Below, in pieces: positions 15,201-27,200 of a DNA stretch of 60,000 nucleotides (position 1 is its first letter; every line of letters starts with the position of its first letter). Location: NCBI GenBank assembly GCA_051294905.1, contig CM119371.1:15564001-15624000 (forward strand). Direction: 5' to 3'. Both the position numbers and the translations under genes were made by a program. The notes beneath the pieces are model-generated. The model ran no database searches and had not been told where the DNA came from. It saw only the letters and a list, made by a program, of their open reading frames with translations. Origin of the DNA: Botryllus schlosseri (Eukaryota).

Positions 15201-18200
15201 TTAGTTCGATTTTAACCTCCCTATTTACAAACAGGGTCCAGGAAACCAAGGAAAGCGAGGGGGAAGGTGTGTATGACTTGACGTTGGTCTCCCTTCTTGA
15301 TATTAGGCCGATGGATAAAACATGCGTATTTTTTCAGGTGACGAGATTTCCTCCAGCGAGTGTGAGGTGGCGGCCGACGACTCGTATTCTATGGGTAACG
15401 TACTACCAGGAAATGTGATCCAACTAAAAAAGCAATTTCTTCCCAGGTGAAAAAGTTTTTAAAAAAGTTTCCGCTGGAGTTTGTATTGGCGATATTTGAC
15501 GCCCCAACTAAAATCTATCCTAACAATGTCATAATCTACTCGTGCAAAGTTTGAAACAGACCGGGGTGAAATTGTCCGATCTTGCATACCGCATTTACAT
15601 TGCACACACATCGTGTGAGTGTGATTTCCTATCGTAGCAATTCATGACTGGCAGGAGAAAAATCTCATTAAGAAATATCAGAATATAATTGTTGCACTTG
15701 GTAGGGACTAGGGATGGTGTGAACCTCTGAAATGTTCGGGTTCGTGTGAGCGTGAACCTTTTTAAAAGGTTCTGTGTGAACGCGAACGTGAACCTCATGA
15801 CGTCATATTGCTAGTTCCAACCCAACATTTCATTGAAGTGATAGCGTATACAAATGTATAAGTTGTACACGATGCCTAGAGACGAGTCGGGCCACAAAAT
15901 GCTACAATGCTGAAATACATATTGACGTTATAAATAACGCCAAATGTATCAAGTGGTGCAATCAAATAATATAATGATCCCATGAAATCAATATATGCCA
16001 TCGCTTTGCCAATAAATTCGACGACGACTTGCAAGGAATATTAGCTTACACCGTAACGGTCTAGGTCAGTCCAGACAATGTATTCGGCGTCTGACATTGA
16101 TCAGAGTGCAAAGCGGGTTTTTATACTTGATGCTAATGCTATACTTGATGACGGGATACATTACCATTTGTCAAAAGGGTTCTGTTGTATGTTATCAAGT
16201 TGAGGTAGCTATTAATTTAAATGCGAAATCATGTGAAATCCCGCTTCGACATTGGCGGGGCTTTGTATATGAGTGTGGAGTTGTTGATATGTGCGAGATT
16301 ATCTGATTCCTGCAGTAGAGGCATTTGTGCATATATTTAGCCCAATAAATCCGATATAATTTAAAACATCCTGTTTTGATACACCACCTATCTTTTCCAC
16401 TGCGGTCACATCACCTCAAAGTATGTAAATGCTTGTGATATATGCTGCAAATGATATGTGTTACATAATCTTGATTCATTGTCGAAAATTGCTATATGTC
16501 ATTTTTTGTTAGTAGCAGGTGTGAGGAGACCGAACTGTCCGAGGAAGAGAAAACAAAACATCTGCGCACTTTATTGGACACTTTTCCCTCGACAGCAAAA
16601 CCCTCGGCTCAACAGCTGTCGAAAAGTGAGTCTAACTCTTGAAATATAGATTACCAACCTAAGGATGAATATGCGACTGCTGTGCTAACGCTCACATGCA
16701 TAGTGTGCACAGTGCACTCGAATCATCAGCAATAATACTCTGTTCAGGTTCCAGTAACCGCATTCCAGGATTTCGACCAAGGGGCTCTGCCAGGCAAGGG
16801 ACTAGACGCCGGAAAAGGCCCGTCTCGCCATCCTCTGATGGAAGCGGACCTCCGCCAAAGCGTACCTCGGCACCTGAATATGGATATGAAGGTCAGTATA
16901 AGATTTCGCTGGTCAACAGCCAAATGGCTTCTGAGACCAGACTTGGAAAACTAGAAACTCCAGTTTTACCAAATTGGATCAGAATTAGAATTGCATGAAT
17001 TTTATTAGAATTAGAGCTACACAGTGTTTTTAAATTAGATTAGAATTAGAATTGCACAATATTTCACAGATTGGGTTAGAATTAGAATGGAGCTACACAG
17101 TTTTTCCATATTAGATTGGTATTAGAATTAGTGAATTCTCAAAAATTACGTGAAATTGTGAATGAGAAAGTATATGCAGCAAACTTCAAGTGTAGTTCGT
17201 TCATATCAAATCAAGCACAAGAATGATTAATGTCTGTAAACCAAGCTTGGCTCGTTCAACAAAACTATCTTTCTCTTTATCCCTATGCTGTTCTCTTGCA
17301 TGGCTGAAAACACTTTCCAATGGAGGTGATGTTGTAGTCATGCATACGAGTTTTCGAGGAGCGGCCCTGGGATGAGCAAAACGATTTCTCTTTTCCAGTA
17401 ACTAAAAACATCACAGCCCATGCTCTCACTCTCTGCTGCGAAATATCATTCCACTTCATCCCCCAATATGTTTTCTTTCGGTAGGTCTGAACTAGCCTAT
17501 GTTAACTAAGTATTTTCTTCGCTGCCGTCCTGTTTTGATGGAAAATAGAAGATGTTGGCAAGTTCAAAACTACTAGACCAGCATACGTATTTTATTTGTC
17601 ACAATAACTACTATGACTGTACGTTGTAACTAATGCGATTGCGGCTTGACTCTGAATTTCCCCGCACGAAAGGAATGTTCTTGTGAACATCCTGCTAAAT
17701 GTTGCGCACATATAGTATTGAAAATATTGGACACCGAAATTCAGTTGCAAAATCAACGACAGATGACAGATCACGGGGGCCAACTACAAGATCTGCTGTG
17801 AAGGCCAAGTCAAAGTCGACGCCCAAGTCAAAGTTGACTGCGAAGTCCAAGTCGCCGACAAGGCTCAAGTCGCCACCAAAGTTCCAGTCAACGCCCAAGG
17901 ACAAATCGACGCCCAAGTCGTTCAGGTGAGGTTACGCTTGGTAAATATGTTTTCCTCTTGGTTGTAATGACTCGAGTTGCAATTTTTGTTCGACTGGACT
18001 CTAATTTTGTTATACATGGAAAATCACGGAACTCGACGAGTCATTGTATTAAAATCGACCAAGTCATATGACCCGAGACATTCTATATGGCTTGACTTGA
18101 GTCTTGTGTGTTGATTTGAAACTGATTTGAACTCGATAATGAACTGCGAACACTATGGCTTGGATCCTTTGCCCCATGACTCGGACTCAGACTTGACACA

Positions 18201-21200
18201 GTGATGAATTGAAAATGACTCAACCTGACTCGAGTCATATTATATGAGTAAAATTGACTTTTTTCTCGGAACCTTGTGAGGAGGTTACAACTTTTACCGA
18301 GGCAGGTGAAATTTTACAAAATCTGTCCTGTCCGTCAATTTTGGTAAGAATTGAAACCGCTGATGTAGATTTGACATGCTGGATGGCGATCTTACATTCT
18401 GACAAGCTACCAACTTTTCAATATCCGCAACTGGAACTAGAATTAGAATTACTGTAATTTTCCATGGGATGTAAATTCTGGAAAAAGCCTGTACCCACGT
18501 ATAGTACACTGCCTGCATTCGCAGTACGAGAATAATTAAGTTTTAGCATTCGTATATGTCATTCTGTTTGCGATGTCACTGTTGAACAATCATGACAAAA
18601 CAATCGCTAATCATTATACACTTGACAGCATTGTCTCTGTGAAACAATAGTAGATAGCAGCCAAACCCTGCGAATTACTGGGCACGTTGGCTGAATGTGA
18701 TGCGTGGTTAAAACAAACAGGTGTGATTTCAGGGGATATTTTTTTCAAGGCTTGTTGTACCCATGCATAACATGCACCCTTCCGATCTTACGACAAAACA
18801 TTTGTAAAATTTTGCGCATTATACATGGAAAATTACGGTACTCTCTGTTCGATAATTGCTTCTCACACTTATAATTTAATAAGAGGAAAGCTGATTTGTA
18901 GTATGTTCATTTGCATCACCTCAAAGTATGAAATGTGCTTGCGAAGAATGCTGCGAAATATATGCGTGGTGCAGTAACTAAATCCGTTTTCGAAAAATGC
19001 TACAAGTCATTTTTGGTCGGTCGCAGGTGTAAGAACAGCCTGACATTTGGTCCTGATGAGAATCATGGGAAATGCATTGAGTGAAATAAAATTGGTTGTA
19101 TGAATATATTTTTGTTGGGTCATTGAAATTATGCACTTCTAAAAGCATATTCAAATGACAAAAAATAATCAAACTTCAACAGTACCAGTGAGGCGTCTTT
19201 ACATGTTATTAGATCGATTTTAACCTGCCTACTGTACAAACAGGGTCCAGGAACACAAGGAGAGCGAGGGGGAAGGTATGTATGACTTGAAGTTGCTTTC
19301 CTTTCTCTGATATCGGACGGATGGATAGCACTTGTGTATTTTTTTTCAGGTGACGAGATTTCCTCCACTTCGAGTGAGGCGTCGGTCGTCGATTCGCATA
19401 CTATGGGTAACCTACCACCAGGAAATGTGGTCCAACTAAAAAAGCAATTTCTTCCCAGGTGAAAGAGTTTTAAAAAAAATTTCTGCCGGAGTTAGTATCG
19501 GCGATATTTGACGCCTGTATAAAATCTACCCCAACAATGGCATATTCTACTTGTGCAAAGTTTGAAGCAGACCGGGATGAATTTGTCCGGCCTTGCATAA
19601 CCACATTGCTCACACATCATATACGTGTGATTTTCTTATGAAGCAAATCATGCCTGGCACGAGAAAAAAAACGATTCAGAAGTATTTTAATATAATTATA
19701 CTTGGTAAAGAGTGAACATGATTTGTCTAAATTAGAAGATATAGACGTCATGCATGAGGAGTTGAAGACACATGAATAATGTCATCATAAAATATGTAGC
19801 TATCTTAGCAAGCCCCGAATAATAATTTCCAGTTAGCAGCATGTGTTAACAATGTGATTCACTGCTTTCAATTTAGAAATAAAACTTCCACTTTACAAAA
19901 TATACTCTAACACAGTGGTTCCCAACCCATCGTGTGGACCCCATCGGCTGAAATTAGAGCTTAAATTTCCCCTCCGAGAATTCAACTCTTTCTACTCGGC
20001 TTCAAGCTTTAGAATTATTACTCGATTCTGAATCGATTACTCGGATGATTGTCGTAATCATCCAGCCCCGTTCATCGGTAGTTTCGAGTTCTAGTGAGGA
20101 AATTATTTTCCTTTACGTATCTTGTTGGTTCGATTTTAACCTGTAATCAATAAACAGCATAAAGAGAGCGCGCACTCCCGTTGCCGAGTCAACCGCGGTG
20201 GCAACGGAACAGGAGGAAGTGGCAGGCCCGAGTGCCAGAAGATCAGAAAGGTGGGCAGTTGTGATTTCAACAACTGAGCTAATTCGTAACGGATTCCGCA
20301 TTGAACATTTTTTTAGTGGTTATATATCTTCATAATACAACTGGGTTCTGTGAGTGTGTTACGGGCCGAAATAAAAATGATTGAAACGTCGGGTTTAACA
20401 TATTCCGAAAGGATACATCAACATTCGTGAAACTGGCTCTGTCATATGATATCAAGTTGAGGTCGCTAATAATTTAAATGCGAAATCCCGCTTCACCATT
20501 TGCGGGGCGTTGTATATGAGTGTAGAGTTGTTATTATGTGCGATATTATCTCATTCCTGCAGTAGAGGCATTTGTGCATATATTTAGCCCGAAAAATCAG
20601 ATAGAATGTAAAACGTCCAGTGTTCAAAACACGTCCTTTCTTCAAAACACCCGCTTTCTTCAAAACACCCCCCTTTTTCTCATCTGGCTATGTGCCTGTT
20701 TTGTGGTATGTTCGTCTCCATCACCTCAAAGTATGAAATATGCTGTGAAATATATGTGTTACAGTAACTGAATTTTTCATTAGTCGCAGCGGGAATGCCA
20801 TGTCCGCATCGCCGTCGAAGGCCGAGAAGACAAAACGAATCCGGTCCTGGTTGGACTCTCTTCCCTCGGCAAATACACACACTGCTCAACAGCTTTCAGA
20901 AAGTGAGTCCCACAGTTGGAGTATAGATTACCAACCTACGGATAGATATGCAGCTCCAGTCGTGCGGTTGACTGCTGAGCAGGGCAGAATCAGCGTTATA
21001 TGTAGTCCTATAGCTGGCGACCCGTGCGCTAAAATTTATTAAAACTGGACTTAATCGAAAGCTAGTGTTGTCCTTATTTCGAAAATACATATTAAAATCT
21101 GGCCAATGCATGGAAACCAACCTCATAATAACAAGGATTGTGTAATTTCAGTACTCGAGTCAATTCATCGGAATTAATAACCTATTCAGATTCCAGTAAC

Positions 21201-24200
21201 CGCAGTCCAGGATTGGCAACAAGTAGCTCTTCCGGGAAAGAGAGTAGACGCGGGAAAAGACCCGTCTCACCATCCTCTGGTAGGAAAGGGCCAGCGCCAA
21301 AGCTTCCTTCGTTATCTGAAATTGGATATGAAGGTCAGTATTAGATTACGCTGGTCAACAGCCAGATTGCTTCTGAGACCAGACTTGGAGAACTCTAGAA
21401 AACCTTCAGTTTTTCCAAATTGGATTAGAATTAGAGCTACACAGTTTTTAAAAATTAGATTAGAAATATAGATACACAATTTTTACAGATTGTATTAGAA
21501 TCAGAATTAGTGAATTCCCAAAAATTGAATGAAAGTCCGAATGAGAAAGAATTAGCAGCAAAATTCAAGTTGAGCTCATATCAATTCAAGCATGAAAATG
21601 ATCAATGTCTGTACACCAAGCTCGTTCACTAAAACTCCCTCTCTCTCTCTCTCTCTGTCTCACTTTACAGTTCTCTTAGACTAGGCTGAAAAGTCTTTCT
21701 GGCGGGATGATATTGCAGTCGCAGCAACGAGTTATCGAGCAGCAGCCTTACGATGAGCAAAACTATCTCTCTTTTCCTTTAACTCAAAACATCACAGCTC
21801 ATGCTCTCAAGTTCTGCTGCAAAGTGTCTTTCCACTTCATCCCCTAGTATGTTTTCTCCGGCTAGACCTGAAGCAATCTTCCTCTTTTTCTTGAATAGGT
21901 GATGGCACGTGTTAACTGTCTCTTTTTCTTCGCTGCTGTTTTATTGGTGATCGAAACCAGTAGTTGCTTGCAGGCTACAAGGTATTAAGCCAGCATTGGT
22001 ATTTCATCCGGCACAATAACTACTGCCTGTACGGGCTGTTCAAAAATAACTTTTTCTTCCCGATTCAAGCCGTTCACCTCTTAAATCGTCAGGTTGCAGT
22101 AGAAAACCTTGCTCACCAAATTTCACTCGATTCCAATCAGTAAAGGCATCCGCAGATCCAATTAAAATTTTTAATTTATTATGGAAAATTAAAAAAAAAA
22201 AAATTCCAAATTTTTCTGCCAACCCCATGAAATTGTTGAGCCGTCTTCAAAGACGTTGCAAAACAAATTTGAGTCAATTCCGACCAGTAGAAGCGGAGTT
22301 ATGTGAGTTTTTCGATAACAATCCTCGGATTATCCTTGATTTGTGGATAATCCGTGATTTATCAACGAAAAACTCACATAACTCCGCTTCTACTGGTCGG
22401 AATTGACTCAAATTTGTTTTGCAACGTCTTTGAAGACGGCTCAACAATTTCATGGGGTTGGCAGAAAAATTTGGAAATTTTTTTTTTTTAATTTTCCATA
22501 TTAAATTAAAAATTTTAATTGGATCTGCGGATGCCTTTACAGATTGGAATCGAGTGAAATTTGGTGAGCAAGGTTTTCTACTGCAACCTGACGATTTAAG
22601 AGGTGAACGGCTTGAATCGGGAATAAAAAGTTATTTTTGAACAGCCCTGTACAGTGTAAGTAATGCGATGGCGGCTTGGCACTGGATTTCTCCGCGTGAG
22701 ACGAATATCCTTGATAACGCCCTGCAAAATGTCGCAGACATATAGTAATATTATTGGAAATATAGGACACCGAAATTCAGTTGCAAAATCTACGACAGAT
22801 GACATCACGGGAGCAAAACACAACGCCCGCTGCGATGGCGAACTCCAATTCGAACCCAAAGTCCAAATCGAACCCGAAATCCAAATCGAAGCCAAAGTCC
22901 GGATCGAACCCGGAATCCAAATCGAAACCGAAATCCAAATCGAAGCCAAAGTCCAAATCGAACCCGGAATCCAAATCAAAGCCGAAATCCAAGTCAAAGC
23001 CTAAGTCGTCCAGGTGAGGTTGTGCGCTCGGTAAATAAGTTTGGCCCTGGGTTGTAATGACTCTAGTTGCAATTTTTCTTTGACTTTACTCGAGTCATTT
23101 TGTTATACATGGATAATGACTTGACTCGATATGAGTTACTTTGTGTATTAACTTTTATCAAGTCGTATGCCACAGAGACTTTTTGTATGGCTTCATTCAA
23201 GCCTCGTCTATCGACACATTCAATATCAATCAAGCTTCAATGGCTTCGAAAAACTGGGCTGAACCTGACTTGAACTCGATAAGGAACTGTGATCACAATG
23301 GATCGGATCATTTGCTCCGTGACTAGGATTCAGACTTGACACAGCGATGAATTGAAAATGACTCGACTCAAAACTATACGAGTAGAATTGACTTGTTTCT
23401 CGGAACCTTGTGATGTGGTTACAACCATGTTTTTTGACGGAGTGGTATGTTACACCTGGACAAAATCTTTCCTAGTCGTGAATTTCGGTGAGAATTTGCA
23501 CAACTAACTTGGATTCAACATACGGGATGGTGATCTCAGGCCAATTTGGCTGCATCATAATGGGCTTTGTTACGCAACACATTTACCCTATGTTAAGTCA
23601 GAGTCAGTGCCCCAGTAATATTTCTCCCCTATTACTTTTAATATCGCCAGTCTCATCCATTTTAACGACATCATATATTTTCCAGGAGTCTGTCAAAAGT
23701 TCAGAAGCCGAATCGTATTGTGGAAGAGCTCCCAGGTAAGCCATGAACTGATTGGTGGAAGACTAAAACCAATAAAATACGATTGAACCCTGCGTACCTC
23801 TCTACAAACGTTGCACTACCTCAACATTCACAATTCGCCTAATCGCCTGCAACCAATGAATGCCACGCAACATTAGCAAGGCTAATTGATATTCACAGAG
23901 TGATGCAATATTATGAAAGTGTCATCACTCTCTCTACGACACCTAATGATGCTAGGTTGATGTAAAACTCAACTGCTTGATCTGCTTAGCGATGTTTTGA
24001 TGTTGGAACAACAACCAGTGGAGAATTCAGGGGTTTGCGGTATGAAACACACACTAGTATAGAAATTACATATAGTAGCTTATATAAAAATGTACAGAAT
24101 GCCAAAATACACTCCCACCACTATTGAGGTATAGATGGAAAAAGCAAACGATAATTTCTGATAATGTAAGGACAAATACGTGTGTTGATGATTTTAACGG

Positions 24201-27200
24201 TTTCGAAACGTTCCGTGCTTGGCTCATTACCATAAAAATAAATGAATAAATAGGACGACTTCAAGGATTATATGGTATAACGTCATTATGTAACTAATAC
24301 ACGATACAACGTATGTGGAACTGGTTACAGTAGACACATAAAAACCACTAGATATGCACAAGGGAGCGAGTGCGACATCTAAGTCATACTCTTCGAACAA
24401 GTATTTTCGACCATGCTTTCAGAATAGATGTTCAGGTCAATTTATGTATTTGACTCGTAGAGTGCTCTTTGTCCCGGCACTGGTATAATCGAAACTGTGT
24501 GTCCATACGGGAATAATTAGGTCCATACCTCTAGTGAATTCATCTTCTTTTTGTTGTCAGTTCCGATCCTGCCCGTAGACACTGCAGCCGGACGTCGTCG
24601 TAGTCCGAGGATAAAGCTGCCAGTCGAACCAGGCGTTCAATACACCTTCCGATATTCGTAAGTGGATTTCTCACCGTAATGGTGGAGCGTCCGGCTTGTT
24701 GATCGGTAGGTCGTGGGTTCAATCCCTGGCCGGGTCAGACCAAAGACCTGATTAGTCACGCTCGTATTCATGACTTTTCCCTCTTGGCGCTCAGAATTAC
24801 CGGGATAGCATGGATGGGGCTGTTTAAGACTTGAAAACCTATCCTATCTAACAATGTAAATCTTACCAATTTATTCCGGCAACAATCCTACACTAATATC
24901 ATTGATATTAACTACTAAATATGCCAATTTAGATAAGAAAAACAGCAGACCAATAGCATGGCTTACATCTGGATTACACGCATGGCTTGGTATTTCTAAA
25001 TAACGATGGCATGCTATCGTTACAATGACTTATGGTTGGAATTCAGCCCAAGCTGATGTGCAGCGTTTTTTGCAGCCAATCTAACAATGATATCCAGTAG
25101 CAAGTATAATTTAAAAAGATTTATTAGAAGTTATTATTTATTAGTAGTTCACCACTCCTATGTTTTTGTGTTGTTGCAGCTCTGACTTCGATGAGGCCGG
25201 CTTTAAGAAAGTGATCGGAATTACAAAGATCACGTATCGAGGTATGCCGACACGTTGCAGTTTGAAATGGTTGCATTTATGTATCTCTTTTCTTAGATGA
25301 TCCCGCACGACTGGCTGGTACAGTTACAGCCAGGAGGACTTACAAGAGAAATGCTCGCAACGCTGGCCGTGAAGGTGCTGTCATTTTTCCCAGGGTTTTA
25401 AACATTCTGATCGTAAAATTATTTGTACTGAGCAGGCAATGCTGGACCCTTGTCTGACACAGTTCCAATGAAGACGACATACAAGAGAAAAGCAAGCGAA
25501 GCTGCCTGTGAAGGTGCTATCATTTTTCGGGTTTTAAACATCATGATCGAAAAATTATTTGTAGTATAATGGGATACAGCTTTATGATCTTTCTCCGGTG
25601 TGGCCTAATGCCATCCAAATCGAACATCAAGTGTTACCAACCTATTAAAATCAAAATCCCGCCAAGTTTAAGAAGCAGTATTGTAAATGAATCAAGTTTA
25701 TATAAGATATATTCCGAAATCACTGCCTCCAATTCAAATTTCCTTACCGGTATGTTACTTGTCTTATTTTGATATGGTATATGGTATTATTGATAGTCCT
25801 ATAGCTGGCGACTCGTGCGCTAAAATTTAATCAAACCGTACTGAAAAGCTTGAGTTGTACATATTTTGAAAAGACACAGTAAAATCGGGCTCATAATAAC
25901 CATCAAAGTCCGAAAATCGGGATTGTTCCAAAGATTGGTACCGGTAATTTGTTCAAGCTTGGTGATAATGCTGTGGGTTGATCGTGACTTCAAAGAAGTG
26001 TCGTTTCCACTACTTGCGGGGATTTATATGACGTGTGTCGTACGTTGTGTTACGAACTACCGAGGTTTCAAGGATTTCACTCTACTATCAAACCTATAAT
26101 TCTCGTTGTTAAATTCACTCTTAGTGACAAGGATCGTATAATTTCATTACTCGACTCGAATCATCAGAATTAATACCCTATTCAGATTCCAGTAACCGCA
26201 GTCCAGGATTGCCAACAAGTAGCTCTTCCGGGCAAGAGATTAGACGCGGGAAAAGACCCGTCTCGTCTTCATCGGATAGGAGCGGGCCGGCGCCAAAGCG
26301 CCGCTCGGCACTTGAATATGGATATGAAGGTAAGTATTAGAATGTTCTGGTGAACAGCCAAATTGCTTCTGGAACCAGACTTGGAAAACTAAATATCTTC
26401 AATGTTTTCAGGCTAACACGACTTCCCATAGTACTTGAATACTTCCTTGACTACCTCGACCACCAGCTCAAATTAAAACGCAACGTCCTGTGCAATCGCA
26501 CAGAGGATAAAACTCATGTCACCTAAATAATAAAACCTGCAATTTCTATGCCCTATGCCCATCGTCACAATGCCAAAACTCGATCACAATGCAAATTACT
26601 AGGCTGATTTTAGGGGGTTCCAGGACCATGAACAGAATAAAATTTATATTTTCGTAATCAGTACAGCAGCAGCTTTCCATTAACACCCGTTTTATCGAAA
26701 TTTGCGCTCGCCAATCCAGTCAAAAATGTCCGTAAAGTTGCCTTTGGTCAAATGGAAAGTATGACATAACCCAAATGCAGTGAGCCGTTCACTCGCGCTG
26801 TGTCCACACCAGGCATGGGGTAATCGCGATTAGTAATTGTAATCGATTACGACGATTACGGCATTTTGAAGTAATCGTAATCGCAATCGATTACATTCGC
26901 AAAAAATCCGAAGTAATCGTAATCGTAATCGACTACTTCCCATATCTAATCGATTTTTTTTTGTGAAAGAACGATTACTTTTTGTTTGTTCAAGGACTAT
27001 GACATAAACTGAATATTCGTGAACAAGAAGGAATTAATATACCACGTTAGCGATAGCACAAACGTCTGTTTTCAAACGCCACTGACTCATTATTACGGCG
27101 GAAGTATTAGTTCCGCTCGTCATAAGAAGTATAGTTTTTCGAAGTTTGATTCGAATTTGAATAACGCAATTTTTTACAAATTAGATTAGTATTAGAATTC

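Larger units (their letters stand above)
5320..17000 (+). repeat. tandem segmental duplication of the A-B-D-E-F unit (~5.3-11.4 kb, ~11.4-16.15 kb; a more diverged third copy runs 16.15-19.7 kb)
   Basis: Long colinear high-identity blocks, e.g. 5691/11759/16519, 8457/14204, 10062/15235. Confidence 0.9.

Noticed and set aside
19027..19060. Extra A-type exon (tcgcag|GTGTAAGAAC)
   Set aside because: Similarity ends after a few codons and no A-type donor follows; truncated remnant.
22040..22640. Pair of near-identical 62-aa ORFs on opposite strands
   Set aside because: They are the two arms of a palindromic MITE.
24674..24745. tRNA gene (also ~32400-32465)
   Set aside because: A/B boxes are present but there is no acceptor stem or cloverleaf, and the sequence continues into a shared SINE body.
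25569..25772. 67-aa ORF with donor ACCG|gtatgt as an additional exon between K1 and B7
   Set aside because: No phase-1 acceptor found in the open frame; K1 joins B7 directly.
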